Shown: positions 43,101 to 55,162 of the stretch, in pieces | Numbering within the stretch: position 1 is the stretch's first letter | Layout: the number at the start of each line of letters is the position of its first letter | Assembly: GCA_046563655.1 (NCBI GenBank) | Contig: CM102285.1 | Location: 10,540,001 to 10,604,000, forward strand | Length of the DNA: 64,000 nucleotides | Reading direction: 5' to 3' | DNA from: Yuukianura sp. NJ FZ-2021 | Lineage: Eukaryota | The notes under the pieces: model-generated | The model's input: only the letters and a program-made list of their open reading frames with translations | What the model was told of the DNA's origin: nothing | Databases searched by the model: none | Program-made: the position numbers and the translations under genes

Positions 43101-45257
43101 GATTAATTAATTTATATATTTTTTTTGTTTTATTGAATTCCCAAATAGTCAACAAGAGAAAGCTGTTCTCGCAACTTGAGTATGGTCGGATTTTTTTCTG
43201 ATCGACCAGTTTCGCACTTCTTTCGTTCAGTTAAATCTACAGGTCACAGGGATCACAAAATCAAAATTATTTCGGCAATTTTTCTTTGAAGAAAGAACCG
43301 TAAGGGCTCTTAAGGAATTATGAATTTTTGTAGGGCAGAAGGCTTAAGTCCCCTGTCCATTAGGACATTAGGAATTTTAGTTATGCAAAGCTAATGAAAT
43401 GCTAATCCGAATTCTCGCCTTCAAAAATTCAAATGGAACCACTTTGTTGTTTGGTGTGAGCTGTATGAATTTGGCAATTGTTTGCTCCAAGGAGGGGCAC
43501 TTTTCTCGTTGTTCCTGACACATCAAATAACTTTTCCCAAAGTGGCTGTGGTGAATCCATTTGCTCAAAAGTGTTTGTGGTGGCGAAAGGTAATCTGTCT
43601 CAGTTTTTTTAATTTCAAAGTGTTGAATAAGGGCTCGAGCAAAAGTATGGTATTGTTCAAAATCAGATTGAGAGCGGTTCCTTTAAGGGCCCCCTCATTG
43701 ATTTCATAATTCTTGGTGATGGGGCCATTTGTATGCATCAGGGAATTTGTTCACGGGAGGGAAGGGGGGATCTCGCATTTCTCGGAAGAAATCTTAAGGG
43801 CCCCGCTTCAGTAAGGGTCCCTTACTCATTTAGTGAGGTTCTTAATCATTATCATTAACCCTGGGGTCATCATGGGTGCCTTGGTCTTTGGTCAAACTCC
43901 TTTGGAATTAAACTGAGGTGGTGAGAGGGGGTACTTAAGGGCCTTCCTGCCTCACTGATAAGAACGAAAGCTATTAAATCTATTTACTGGGACTTGGAAA
44001 GTGGAAAATAAAGAATTTGAAGAACATGATTTTCCTATTGTAGCACATGGCGGTGACAAATTTCATCACCAAAAAGTTCTGGAGCCTTTGCATTGTTTTT
44101 GAAAGTCACTTTGAAAGTTTTTACGCCTCCAAAAGCTAAACTAAACTGGAAATCCACTTTTTGTTCTCTATTCTGAACAGCTTCTTGGTCCATTTAGAAC
44201 ATGGAAGTGAGATCAAGATTAAAGATCTAGACTATAAAGAATTCTCGGTGCGTTGTTTTATTCCTCACCCAAACCATCACCTTTGACCGTCGTGGGTGAG
44301 GCTCATGCTTTCCACTTTTTCAACAAAAAACTTTGACTAAAACTTGATCTCGAGTCTCGTTTTTTACGTTATTTTGAGCGCTTAGAACCAAGCACGAAGG
44401 TGGTGGTAGAAAATAAAGTTAAAAAAACAAGCTTCCACTTTTACTTGAAATCTTTTATTGTCATCTAAAACCCTCCCAAAAACGAAAAAAGCCTCGACTT
44501 GCGTGTCATGTTTTTAATGCTTCACAAAACCCACAACAAAAACCGTAAATGTCAATTAATTAAGGTATGGTTTCCCTTTAATTTTAGTTGGAAAATTTTG
44601 GTTTTTAGGGAAGCAGTATATGGCATTTGATGACTCTTGGAATTATGACTTAAAACTAAAATTAAGTGCTTCATTGAAAGCTTTATGTAATTTATAGACT
44701 GTAAATTATGGGAGAAATAACTTTATTGAACATGTATCATTTTTGACACTTTTTGCAATTTCCGAGAGACACAATTCCATATTTGGCGCAAGGGTAATAA
44801 AGTTGGCATTTTGAGGAAGTCGCTACACAGAAGAATTCGAATTGCTGAACTGTAATTTTTTGTGTAACAGGAAAACAAGTGACGCTGAAAAGATTTTGGA
44901 ATGAGTCATTACACTGGTGTTTGTTGGTTGGTTTGTTTTTAAATGTTAGACTAGGAATTGTTCACTTGAGGTTAAGAGTCCAAAATAACGCGTAAGAAAA
45001 ATGAGTCAGTTGTTGGAAAGATTAAGACGTCAGCTTTGGAGCTTATGGTTATGAATAGTTGTAAGGCATTGTACAAGAAAAGTTAGATTAGGTTGTCAAT
45101 TTTAAGTTAGTATTGGAGCTTTGTGTAATTAGAAGTGTTGTCTTCATTTTAGTCAATTCTTAGGCGACACAACACTTAGGTTCCTAGTTTCAAGCTATTT
45201 GATTCTGAGAATCAAAGTGTCGTTGACCTCTGACCTCCAGCTCTTGACGTGGTGTGA

Positions 45258-45349
45258 ATGGCTACGCTCGGACAACTGCTCTGTTTCCTTTTAATTTTTA
45301 TAGTCGCATTTACCGGAATTAACGTAGTTGTATTATGGTGGTTTAATAT
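45258..45349 (+). CDS. ABHD12: ABHD12-like exon 1 (hydrophobic N-terminus)
   Basis: MATLGQLLCFLLIFIVAFTGINVVVLWWFN + AT|gtaagt; phase 2 matches the next exon (ATA). Confidence 0.75.
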
Positions 45350-47135
45350 GTAAGTTACTTTAGTGGCGTTTAAATCATTTAACTTACTATTTATATAATT
45401 AAGCCTCCATAGTTTCATTTTTGTTTTTACTAAACGGAATTGTTTCTTTGCAGATCTTTTGTTTATGCCGCTGCAGCTCCGTTTGCAGCTTTCTTAATTT
45501 TCTACTTGGCACTGCCTATCCTATTCATGAATAGTGGGAAACTGCAGCGTTACTTTGTGTATCTCGCTTCCGCACGTAAGAAACCATCACTAAATTCAAA
45601 TTCCAGTGCAAACAAACAATTTATAACTAATGTTTAAACATTGCTTCAAAATTCAAAGGTTTCAAAATTTTTGAAACAGGAAAACCACCAGCGGAATTTG
45701 ACTTCAGTGATACCGAAGGAGCAGGACTGTCAGGATGCAGAAGTTTCTTTTTGTTTCTAAATGAAGGGACTGAGCACATTGGAGTATGGTACAGAAGTTG
45801 CTATAATTATTTAGTAAATTGGAACAAATTTAATTATGTTTCCAAAGCTTACAAAAAAAAATCCTAAAATTGCAAAATTGAAGTTTGAAAATTGGAAAAT
45901 TCAATTGCAACTTTGCAAATTGGAGCTTATTAAATTTTCTGAAAATTCAATCAAATAATAAATTTCTATATAGTTTCCCCACGATACCTAACGAATCTCG
46001 TTAGAAATTAAAGTAAGATTTTCCATATTTTTGTTAACAGGCATCTTCTCCCTCATAGTTTGATCAATGCCGCTAGCTCTAAATCAAAACACGACAATTT
46101 CTGGAACACATCTCTCCAGTCCAGTGGAAAAGACATTGTGATTTACTTTCATGGAAACACTGGAACAAGGGCGCTGGAACATCGGAAGGAACTGTACTGG
46201 ATTCTGCAGAACATGGACTGTCATGTCATTGCCTTTGACTACAGAGGATTCGGTGACTCCAGTCCATGCATCACTACGGAAGAAACAACAGTTGAAGATG
46301 GGATGCTCGTTACCAGTTGGATTCAAGAACTGGTGGGAACCAACGCTTTGAATAAAGTGTTCATCTGGGGTCACTCACTGGGAACAGGGCAAGCCGTTGA
46401 CCTTTGACCTGCATATATTTGTGAATTTAATTTTTTCCATTGATTTGGGTTTCTAAAATTTGGCTTTTTTAAACAGGGTTGCAAGTCATGTTGTAGCGAA
46501 ATTGCAATTTGCTGGAACTCCCCCTGGAGGACTAATTCTGGAATCGCCATTTACAAATATTGGAGACGCTCTACGCCACAACAAAAAAGCAATTGTAAGC
46601 ACTCCGGATTTTCTGAAAAAATGTTAAAGTTTCCTGAACTTCCCGACAAGTCAAACCTAACTTGCACTAATTTTTTTGAAGTTGTACAAACACCTTCCAA
46701 AGTTCAAGTATCTCTTTGTGCGTCCACTTCATTTGAGTGGAATTGCATATCAAACGGATCATCACATTCAAAATATTTTGACTCCAATACTAATTCTTCA
46801 TGCTAGAGATGACGAAACAGTTCCGTTTTCTTTGGGAGAAAGGGTTAGTGTACCAGGATCTTTCTTTTCAAATACTTTTTTTTTAAGAAAATCTAAAATT
46901 TTGGCATTTAATTTTCAATTTGGGATGTTTTCAGTTATTTGACCAGGGAAAGTTCCAAAGACCTGGAAATGCTGATCCCATACACTTCAAATCATTTCCC
47001 AAAGGGTATGGGCATAAACTGATTCACACGGCTCCAGAACTTCCATTTCTCATCTCAACCTTCTTTCAAGCAGCAGCTAAAGCAAACTGGTCCAATTTCA
47101 ATTGTGATTGTTGCTTAAGAACTTCAATTATTTGA
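45258..47135 (+). CDS. ABHD12: ABHD12-like lysophosphatidylserine/monoacylglycerol lipase (alpha/beta hydrolase); join(45258..45349,45454..45575,45680..45788,46041..46388,46477..46594,46682..46843,46935..47135), 383 aa
   Basis: Motifs IGVWHLLP, YFHGNTGTR, FDYRGFGDS, nucleophile elbow IWGHSLGTG, LILESPFTNI, ILHARDDETVP (Asp), GYGHK (His). All exon phases join into one 1152-nt frame. Confidence 0.92.
45454..45575 (+). CDS. ABHD12: ABHD12-like exon 2 (transmembrane segment)
   Basis: tttgcag|A TCT TTT ... SFVYAAAAPFAAFLIFYLALPILFMNSGKLQRYFVYLASA C|gtaaga. Confidence 0.88.
45680..45788 (+). CDS. ABHD12: ABHD12-like exon 3
   Basis: aaacag|GA ... KPPAEFDFSDTEGAGLSGCRSFFLFLNEGTEHIGV TG|gtacag. Confidence 0.88.
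46041..46388 (+). CDS. ABHD12: ABHD12-like exon 4 (HGN motif, DYRG, catalytic Ser)
   Basis: ttaacag|G CAT CTT CTC ... GHSLGT GG|gcaagc (GC donor). Confidence 0.92.
46477..46594 (+). CDS. ABHD12: ABHD12-like exon 5
   Basis: aaacag|G GTT GCA ... VASHVVAKLQFAGTPPGGLILESPFTNIGDALRHNKKAI|gtaagc. Confidence 0.92.
46682..46843 (+). CDS. ABHD12: ABHD12-like exon 6 (catalytic Asp)
   Basis: ttttttgaag|TTG TAC ... LYKHLPKFKYLFVRPLHLSGIAYQTDHHIQNILTPILILHARDDETVPFSLGER|gttagt. Confidence 0.9.
46935..47135 (+). CDS. ABHD12: ABHD12-like exon 7 (catalytic His, stop)
   Basis: ttttcag|TTA TTT GAC ... FPKGYGHKLIHTAPELP ... CDCCLRTSII TGA. Confidence 0.9.
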   Translation, partial: LFDQGKFQRPGNADPIHFKSFPKGYGHKLIHTAPELPFLISTFFQAAAKANWSNFNCDCCLRTSII

Positions 47136-50100
47136 CTTTTGAGTTTTTAACAGAGTTTTTCACTTTTTTAAACTTCGACAAAAATGCTTTTTTTTAGTTT
47201 GTACTTTGCCTAATTGTTGTGAACTGATTTTAAGGTGTGACTCGCTTCACATTTGAACGTGTAGACTGAATAACTTATTTTGAAAAACAGAATGAGGACG
47301 CTTAGAATTGAGCTTAAGGTTTAATGATTTCATTTCGCCAGAATTAGTAGAATGAGGTCACTTTGACACAAAAATTTCAAAATTAGGCAACCAGGGTTCT
47401 TTGAATTTAAGATTTTGAAAAGGATGAGAACAAATGACTTTGGAATGAGAAAAAATCACAAATTGGATTAAGTTCTGGATTAAATATCTTTTGTATTTTG
47501 TGTTGGAATTGGCTTTGGTTTTATTTTCTATTTAAAAAGAAGATTGATTCTTTATTCCCCAAGGAGAGTATTAATTGATCAGAATGATTTAGTTGCGGTG
47601 GATTAAATAATAAATCTTACACACCTTGTCAAACCTAATGCAATTAGAGCCAACCCTCATACCATCATCTTCCATCAATTTCTTTTTTGTGAATTCAAAA
47701 TTCTATTTCAAAATTTCAAAGAACAGTAAAAAATCACTCATATGCCGATCCGGCTTTTCTTGTTCTTTCTTTTTACCCAAGTTTTAATACTTTGCTTCAC
47801 TTTTGATTTGCACAATCCATACTTTAGTATAATGATGGTCATTCAAAATGCAAAAAAGTTCCTTTTAAGTTGATTTTCGTGTTTGAAGATAAAAAGTGGC
47901 AGTGTACTAAAGATTACAAGAGCAGTTCAAGTGCTAATGGAATAAAAAATTGAAGAAGAACACATAAGAATTTATTGCTAAATGAGTGTGATTACAATTA
48001 AATCAGGACACGATTCTGGATCAGAAGGAGTCAGAGTATACATGTTTTTGAACCTTTTCAAGTTTCTTTTTGAACTTGACTTTTTAGAAAAACAGAATTA
48101 TGGTCAGGAGAAGGTTTAGTGTTAAAGCGGCTTCTTTTTCTTTGCAGTAAAAAAAACCTCTTCGAGAATAATTACCTGTAATTACGTTTTTGATCTTCTT
48201 GATTACTTTCCACTTTAAGCTGTTTAGAATAATAGTTTTACAAATTACTATTTCACTTTTGGGAAGATTCAAGTTAGGCGCATCATGTTCTTTTACGTAA
48301 GAAAAATAGAGCAAATTTTTATGTCGTGATTTTCAATCCCATTGTAATTCTGCACACAAAATCCATTATCCATGTTCAAATTAATTTTTTAGAAGGTTAC
48401 TCCTTCACTGCTGCTCTGCTTTTAATGTTAGCTTGAGAACTTAAATTGTAGATCTAACCATAAAGGAATCAATTTAACTTTAGATTAAACCAAATGATAG
48501 GTAAAGTAATAACAGCTTTTGTTGAAATTAGTTTAAGAAGAGCACGCGCAGGCGGCCAAATTTTGTTTTTAAACTTTTCCACCGTGCAAAATAAGTTTCA
48601 AAATTTGCAAATCCAAATTCTAGTTGCACAAGTTCTTTTCTGCATGATGACGATGAAGTTCAGTGTGCGTCTTTTTTGTTTTTGTACTACAGAGAGGTCA
48701 AATTCCATTTTTGGAACGAAGAGACAAATAAATCAAGAGTGTAGAGAGACTTTTTGAACAATTTAGAAAAGTTAATAACGAAGATTAAGACATATTATTT
48801 TAACAAGTTCTGTTCATTTGAGGTTTTTTGAAATATTGTTTCAAAAAAAAAGCTAGAAGAGATTTTGTGCGAAAATTGTTAAAGAAGTTCAAGGAAACGC
48901 GTGGGTTGAATAATGGGGCTCAAAAAGTGAACTATAGCAATTGATCCGTTTCGTTTCTCTATTTGGTCACAGCAAGAGTTCGTGGTGTCCATTTACTTTA
49001 AAGTTTTGTGGCCAGTAAATCATGGTTGTTGCAAAAGTTAAATTGGCGAGAACTCAGGTTTGTTGTCAAAACTTGAAAAGAATTCAAATTGCTGTATCCA
49101 GTACAAGTTAGATCCAAATTTTAAGATTTCAAGCTGAAAATGTCCCGAAAAAATGAAATTTGAGCGTTGGGCTCCTTTTTTTTCAAACATTGTTGGATCT
49201 GTTGACTTCGGGGTGGTGAGACACTTTTATAAAAGCAGTGAATTGAAAATGTTTACTTGATGTTTTCTAAACTGAAGGAGCTCTATACAATGTGATCGGG
49301 AGCGTTGTACTGGTGCGAATATTTTTCACTTGACTGCATATTTTGAAAGAAAGTGTCCCTATTCATGAAGTTAGGGAACATGATCAAAAGTGTTCTAGTT
49401 TCCGTAGGGTCGCTAAGGCCAGGAAAGAGCAAGGGTGAGCGACTAAGGTTCAAAATGCATTTTTAAATGGGCCCTTGGGTGCTGGTGGTTGGTGAGACTT
49501 CCTGGATGTAACACTAGTCCCTTTAACTTTTTTGGTTTGGAGACACGAATTCCCATTATTCTTTTCCTGTTGTTCTCCCATTCTCCACTTCAGAAAAAAA
49601 TTATGAGAGAAAGCCGAGCTTTACAAAAATGAGATCCCATAAATCCGCAAGGTGTCAAACGGAAAAGTACAAACATTGAATAATGATCACACCGAGAGAG
49701 TTACGAGGGCACACCAACACTGTCGTAGTTTTTTACAATTCTGCACGATCCAATTTCGGTTATGCAACATTCAGGGTTATGCAACGTTTTCCTAAACGAA
49801 CGATACATAAAAATGATTTACGAACTTTAACCATAAAGTTCCTGCTTCTTTGCATTTCCAAAGTTTAATTTTTGGAAGTGCTCTTTCAGGCTTGTAAAAT
49901 CAAAAAAAAATTAAAATGCTGGTAAAAAGTATCCTTGTGCGCCACTTTAAGCTTTTAAGTTCACATTCTGATTCTTCTGATCCAGAAAACTTTCAGGTTC
50001 AAGAACAGTGTGTACTTATAAGAGAATTTTTTTTATAAAGTTTCAAAATTTCACTTTAATCATAGACTTTTTTGTTCTATGGAGAAAGCATAAAATTTTC

Positions 50101-53100
50101 ATCGGTTTGGCCAGGATTTTTTAGTCATTGAGTCGAGAGCTTTCTCCAAATATAATGTTAAAGGCTTACGACATGGAAGTCGGAAAACACTCAGAATTAG
50201 GAGTTAGAATTAATGCGCAGTTGCTCCCGTTGTTATGATAAATTCTAGACCTCCATTGTTGTAACCCTGAGAGACTTTGTTCCATTGTTGTGAGTCGTAG
50301 GATGGTCCGGACGCTGCTCAATAAAAGCCAGAACTGCTCCGGATGCATCTCGAAAGAGAGGAGGAAGATCACATAATTCATGCCGTTGAGCCCTCTCCAC
50401 TCAATTGAATTCAAGTGAATGAACAATTGCTTTTTCTCACCTTGTAATTTATAACGTCCAAAGGCCTTATACAGACCGAGGACTCCCAGAAGTCGACTTC
50501 ATTCCTGATTGTGGTGATACAATTTGTACATGCGGACACTCGAGTATTTATGAGCCAAACACTCTGCCCACTCACTCCCTTTCAAAGCTTCATCTCATCG
50601 CAGATCATCAAGTATTCGCTAATGAACTTCAAATCAGATCGGCCAAGAGAAAGCTACACGAAATGAGAATTCTAGCTTCTTGGCAAGGGAAAATTTCGTT
50701 TTGGATTGGGAAATTTATTTTAGTTCGACAACGAATCATTGAAATTTCAACCCCTTCGCCCTTAAAGGGTTGCACGGCCAAATACAAAATGACATTGAAA
50801 CTTCCTGCGTCTATTTTTAACAGCACTGTAGCTCTTGTAAAATAATTTCTTTTTAAATTTTGAAATCCTTTGAGCATTTTGACCATTAATCCGAATATGA
50901 TGGGATTTTGGAGCATTTAGTAGTTGTTGGTTTGGATTTTCCTTTGAAACTGTGTTTTTGAAAACTTCACCCCTTATTTTCAGTAGTGGTTTGGAAGGCC
51001 CTTTGCCATTCTTCCCTGGAGCCCTTGGAAAGTCTTAGTTTGGATTTTGTAGTGAAAAGGGCCCATTTTCCATTGAGGTAGCGAAGGGTGATGATCCTTT
51101 GATGGAGATTGATGAGCCAACACTTCCCTCTATTCTTTTCCACCAATCACTCTGCAAAATCGCAATTTTACGCCCGTCTCCCGCACTTTCCTACTTAGCG
51201 TTTTGGTTAACATTTCTATTCCAAAGGGCTTTTATAACGTTGATCCCATTTCCAGGAACAGGAGCGATGAACACTAAACATGATTAACGTGCTTCCCTTC
51301 GGGGCCCTTGGCTTTTGGCTTCATTCTATCAACGTACCAAGGTGTGAATACCATGCCAGGAAATGCTCAAATAATCAGGTTTTTGTCGAAAAAATAAAAG
51401 TTAGGACAAATAGTAGACAAATTAAACCAAACCATAAACCAAGCCTAGCCTTAAAATGCAAAATCAGGTTTACAAAAATTGTGCAAGAGTGGAGGGCTGC
51501 AGGATTTTTTGCGTAAAAAATTTAGCACTATATTTCACCCCATATGTAATCTTAGTGTTAATTATATTTTGCCAGGTGATTATTATGAAAACAAAAATAT
51601 TTAACAAAAAACTGTTTTAATTAAGCTTTCTGTAAGAGAATTTTTAAAAACCGATTCACTCAACCGGATTTCACGACTTCAGCCCAATTTTATTTTGTGC
51701 AAATCCACTTTTTCTACTTAATTTTCATCTTCTGCACTTGCTTAATTTATGCAGAGCAATCAATTGGAAGAGAGCATTGGGTACCTTGAGCAAATTTTTT
51801 TTACCCCATTTGAAGGTGAACAAGCCACGATCTTTACGAATTGAAGAAAAAATTTAGTTTAATTCCTCTCCTGACACCTTTGAGGTACGGAAGGATTTTG
51901 GTTCAAATGTGAAAGCAAAATCTTAATCCATAAGCACTACGATGAAATTGCAGCAATTTTTTCTTTTTTACAACTTTCAGGAGTAATAGTTGAATTAAAT
52001 CTGCAGTAAGTATGGGAAAAAATGGAATCAGAGATGAAAAACCATTGAGGAGACTTGCTCTGTTCGTGACAGAGAGCATGAAATACGAAACCGGAACTTT
52101 GGAATTAGCAACAATTTTTGCAACAATTACCATCATGAGTTACATTTTTTTGAATTCAAGCAAGAAGTGATGCTACTTACTCTCCTCACTTAAATTATTT
52201 GCAATTTGGCTCAACAGAGCATCATGTTGGTGCATCAACGCATAATCACTTTTAAATATTTAGCCCAAAATGATCCGCACGCCCCCGAGGTTGAAATTTC
52301 CGTTAACGGAAACACGTTTGGTAAATTTTGTCTAAAATGTGAAAATAAAGAAGAGTACTTTTTGAAAAGACGATGGATTTGAGTGACATCAAATTAAAAA
52401 GTGTGTGCCAAAATTCTGATTTTTTACAGTTAGAGATTGAAAGCTACTCTCAAAGTCAAAATCCTTGTACACTGGGAAGCATATAGTACGGAAGAGTATG
52501 ACCTCTGATTCTGTCAGAGGAAATAATTGAATTAATCAGAATCTTAAACATGATGCGAAAGTCAGAAATTGAAATTTTGAAGAATGGGACACACGCGACT
52601 GTGCTAATTTTTACGCGCACGGTTTGGTTAGCTTTCGTTAAAAATGTACCTAAATTCTTGAAGATCAAGACGAATTTCAAGTTTTTGATGAGGGACAGCG
52701 TGTGCTGGTTGGTAAATAAAAAGTAAAAAACATCAAGAAACAACCACATCATTAAAAAGAAAAGGATTTACAGGCAACGGGTCCAATTTTAAATCGTAAA
52801 CTTAAAAATTGTTGACATTTTTAGTGGTACAATACCATAGGTTTTCAAAGATGAACAACCTAGATGTGCAAGAGTTATTTGCAATAATTTTGAAAAAAAG
52901 AACTCCATTGTGATCAAGATTTTAAATGTTAAAGTTATTTGAGATGCCGCAAGTCGAAGTAACTCTTACGACGCTGGAAGTTGTCGCAAATTCACGGCAG
53001 GAACCACCCTTTGACATTTCCCTTTCACTACAGCCATTCTGTGGACTATTCAAAGGTCAACTGCAGTTAAGAATCTGCGGGTGGTTTGTGGTTAGAGTTA

Positions 53101-54912
53101 CTCAGAATCTGAAATTAAAGGAAACCCAAAATGGTTTTTATGGTAAAATCCTGTAAATGTTGGAGGTCAAAGACACGGTGGGCCTCTAACCCCTGGTGGC
53201 ACCCTCAATCGATACTAATTCCTCTACATTATGACTCTCATAAACTGTAAGTTGGACACGTTTGACCCTTTAAGTCCCTCAATTTATAGCTCCTGCGGTT
53301 GGACATAATCACCGCTTCTCAGGCACTTAAGGACCAGCTAAGAGACTGAACAACGACAACAAATGGTGACTTTCCACATTGGAAAATATTGGGGAGCATC
53401 TTGACTTGAAAAAATGCTGGTTTTTGAAGATCCTCTTCCAGAAAGTCTTGAAAGTCAAAAAGTCTTTTGGAAGGAGCTAAACTGAATGTCGTAAAGGTAA
53501 TTTCCAAAGGGACACCAAGGGGTCCTTATTGTGAGGTTCCAAGGAACCTAGGTGGAGGTGACTCTATAAAATGACCTGATAAAATCAGTAAAAAAATGTA
53601 GTTCAAGTTGCAACATAAATTGTGGAAGTGCCCTTTTTTCTTTTGGTTTTTCTGAACTTTGAAAAGGTGATCTCCACGGGGAGAAAGGCTGTTCCCTTGG
53701 TGAAGTCTCCCTTGTGTCCGGACAGAATGCAGAAGAGGAGATGAAGTACCAGAAAAGAGTCCATAAATTAAAGTGATCTTCTTCTGAGATAAATGTCTGA
53801 GGGCCCTTCTTATTTCATTTTCAAAAACCGGTATGGCTCGCCATGAGACTTCATGGATTTCTCATTCACAATACTCCGATGGAATGGATTTCTACCCAAA
53901 CGAAAGAGGACAGGAATCCATTCTTATTTTGTAGTTTTCATTAGAATACAATGAAAAATTAATGCTTTTGTAAAGTGGGAATGATACAGAAAAAAACTGG
54001 CCTCCATACCAATAACCTTTCTATTCCGCCCCGGGAGAGAGCTTTTTCTTTCTAAAAATTTAACCCTGGAGTTTCTTCAAAATTAGTAAAACATGTTTTT
54101 AAAAATTACAAAATTAGTCAACTCGTATTGCTAAATCCACTGAACTCAGATTGATGTAGAGTTTTCATTCATGCAGGAACTGCTTAACTGTAATCAAATC
54201 ACTGAATAATTCAGTGCTAAAAACTTAAAAATAGTAGACGTGTTGACTTTCTCTTTAATATGTTGTTTTAAATTAGCCCTTTCATTTTTGAAAATTGAAA
54301 ATCAGCTCGAAGTCTATATGAACAAGAGTTGTATTAAAAATGCTTCAAAATAGTAATGAATATGAAATTTTTCCACTTTGGTGACGCTTTCCTTCTTCAA
54401 CCAACCGCAGAAAGTTGTCAGCGGATTGGGATACATCTCACGGCCGAAGAGTGGAACTTTGAGCATCTGTAGTCAAAAGAAGAACAAGCAGATGAAGCAA
54501 TCTCCTCAACTGCATGAAACTGTTCGCTTTATTCTCACAAAACAAATTGTAATAACTTCAAGTTTTAATTAAGATTTAAAACCAATTTAATTCGAAAGCA
54601 CGTGTACCAATTACCAACGTCGTAGCTACGGTGGAAATGCCAGCTGAACGGCATCCACCTAAAGGTTAAACTTCATCCGGCGTCTAAACTAAGCAAAGTT
54701 CATTTTTGCTGTTTTAAGTCACTTCAAACCACGACGAACGGATTTCCCCCGAAGCATTTGAAAAAAAAATTAGTTTTCATTTGTGATAGGTTGTTTTTAA
54801 AGGTTGAACTTTTTTTTAGTTGTGAACAAGCTTCCAATTTGAGCGAAATTTGACAAGTAATGGGAAGATGATGACCTAAAATATTAGTTTATTTTTCATG
54901 TTGTTTCAATTT

Positions 54913-55162
54913 TTAGTTTCGATAAGAGTGAAGAGGTTGTGGAGTTCTTCTTGGATCTTTTTCAGATGCAACATAGAATTTGTCAGGATGATTTCTGTCA
55001 TCATAGTCAGTTCGAGCTGAGTAGACAGTGGACAGATCATCTTTTTCGCGTTCTACCCTCCCGCCCATTCCAGGAATTGGAATTCTCTTTTGCCAATGAT
55101 GCGTCCAGTACAATTCACCAGGGCCCCTTCCTTGACTTCTCCGAATTTCCCGGGATTCACGA
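54913..55162 (-). CDS. Two-TM protein exon 4 (C-terminal tail, stop)
   Basis: tttgcag|T CGT GAA TCC ... LHSYRN TAA. Confidence 0.85.

Noticed and set aside
45001..45054. ATG-initiated MSQLLERLRRQLWSL as ABHD12 first exon
   Set aside because: Stops in frame, and splicing at TG|gttatg to exon 2 would create TGA; 45258-45349 fits the phase with a consensus donor.
50166..50845. Stop-free frames of about 140 codons on both strands
   Set aside because: No recognisable domain, no convincing start or splice sites; a decayed element cannot be excluded without a search.
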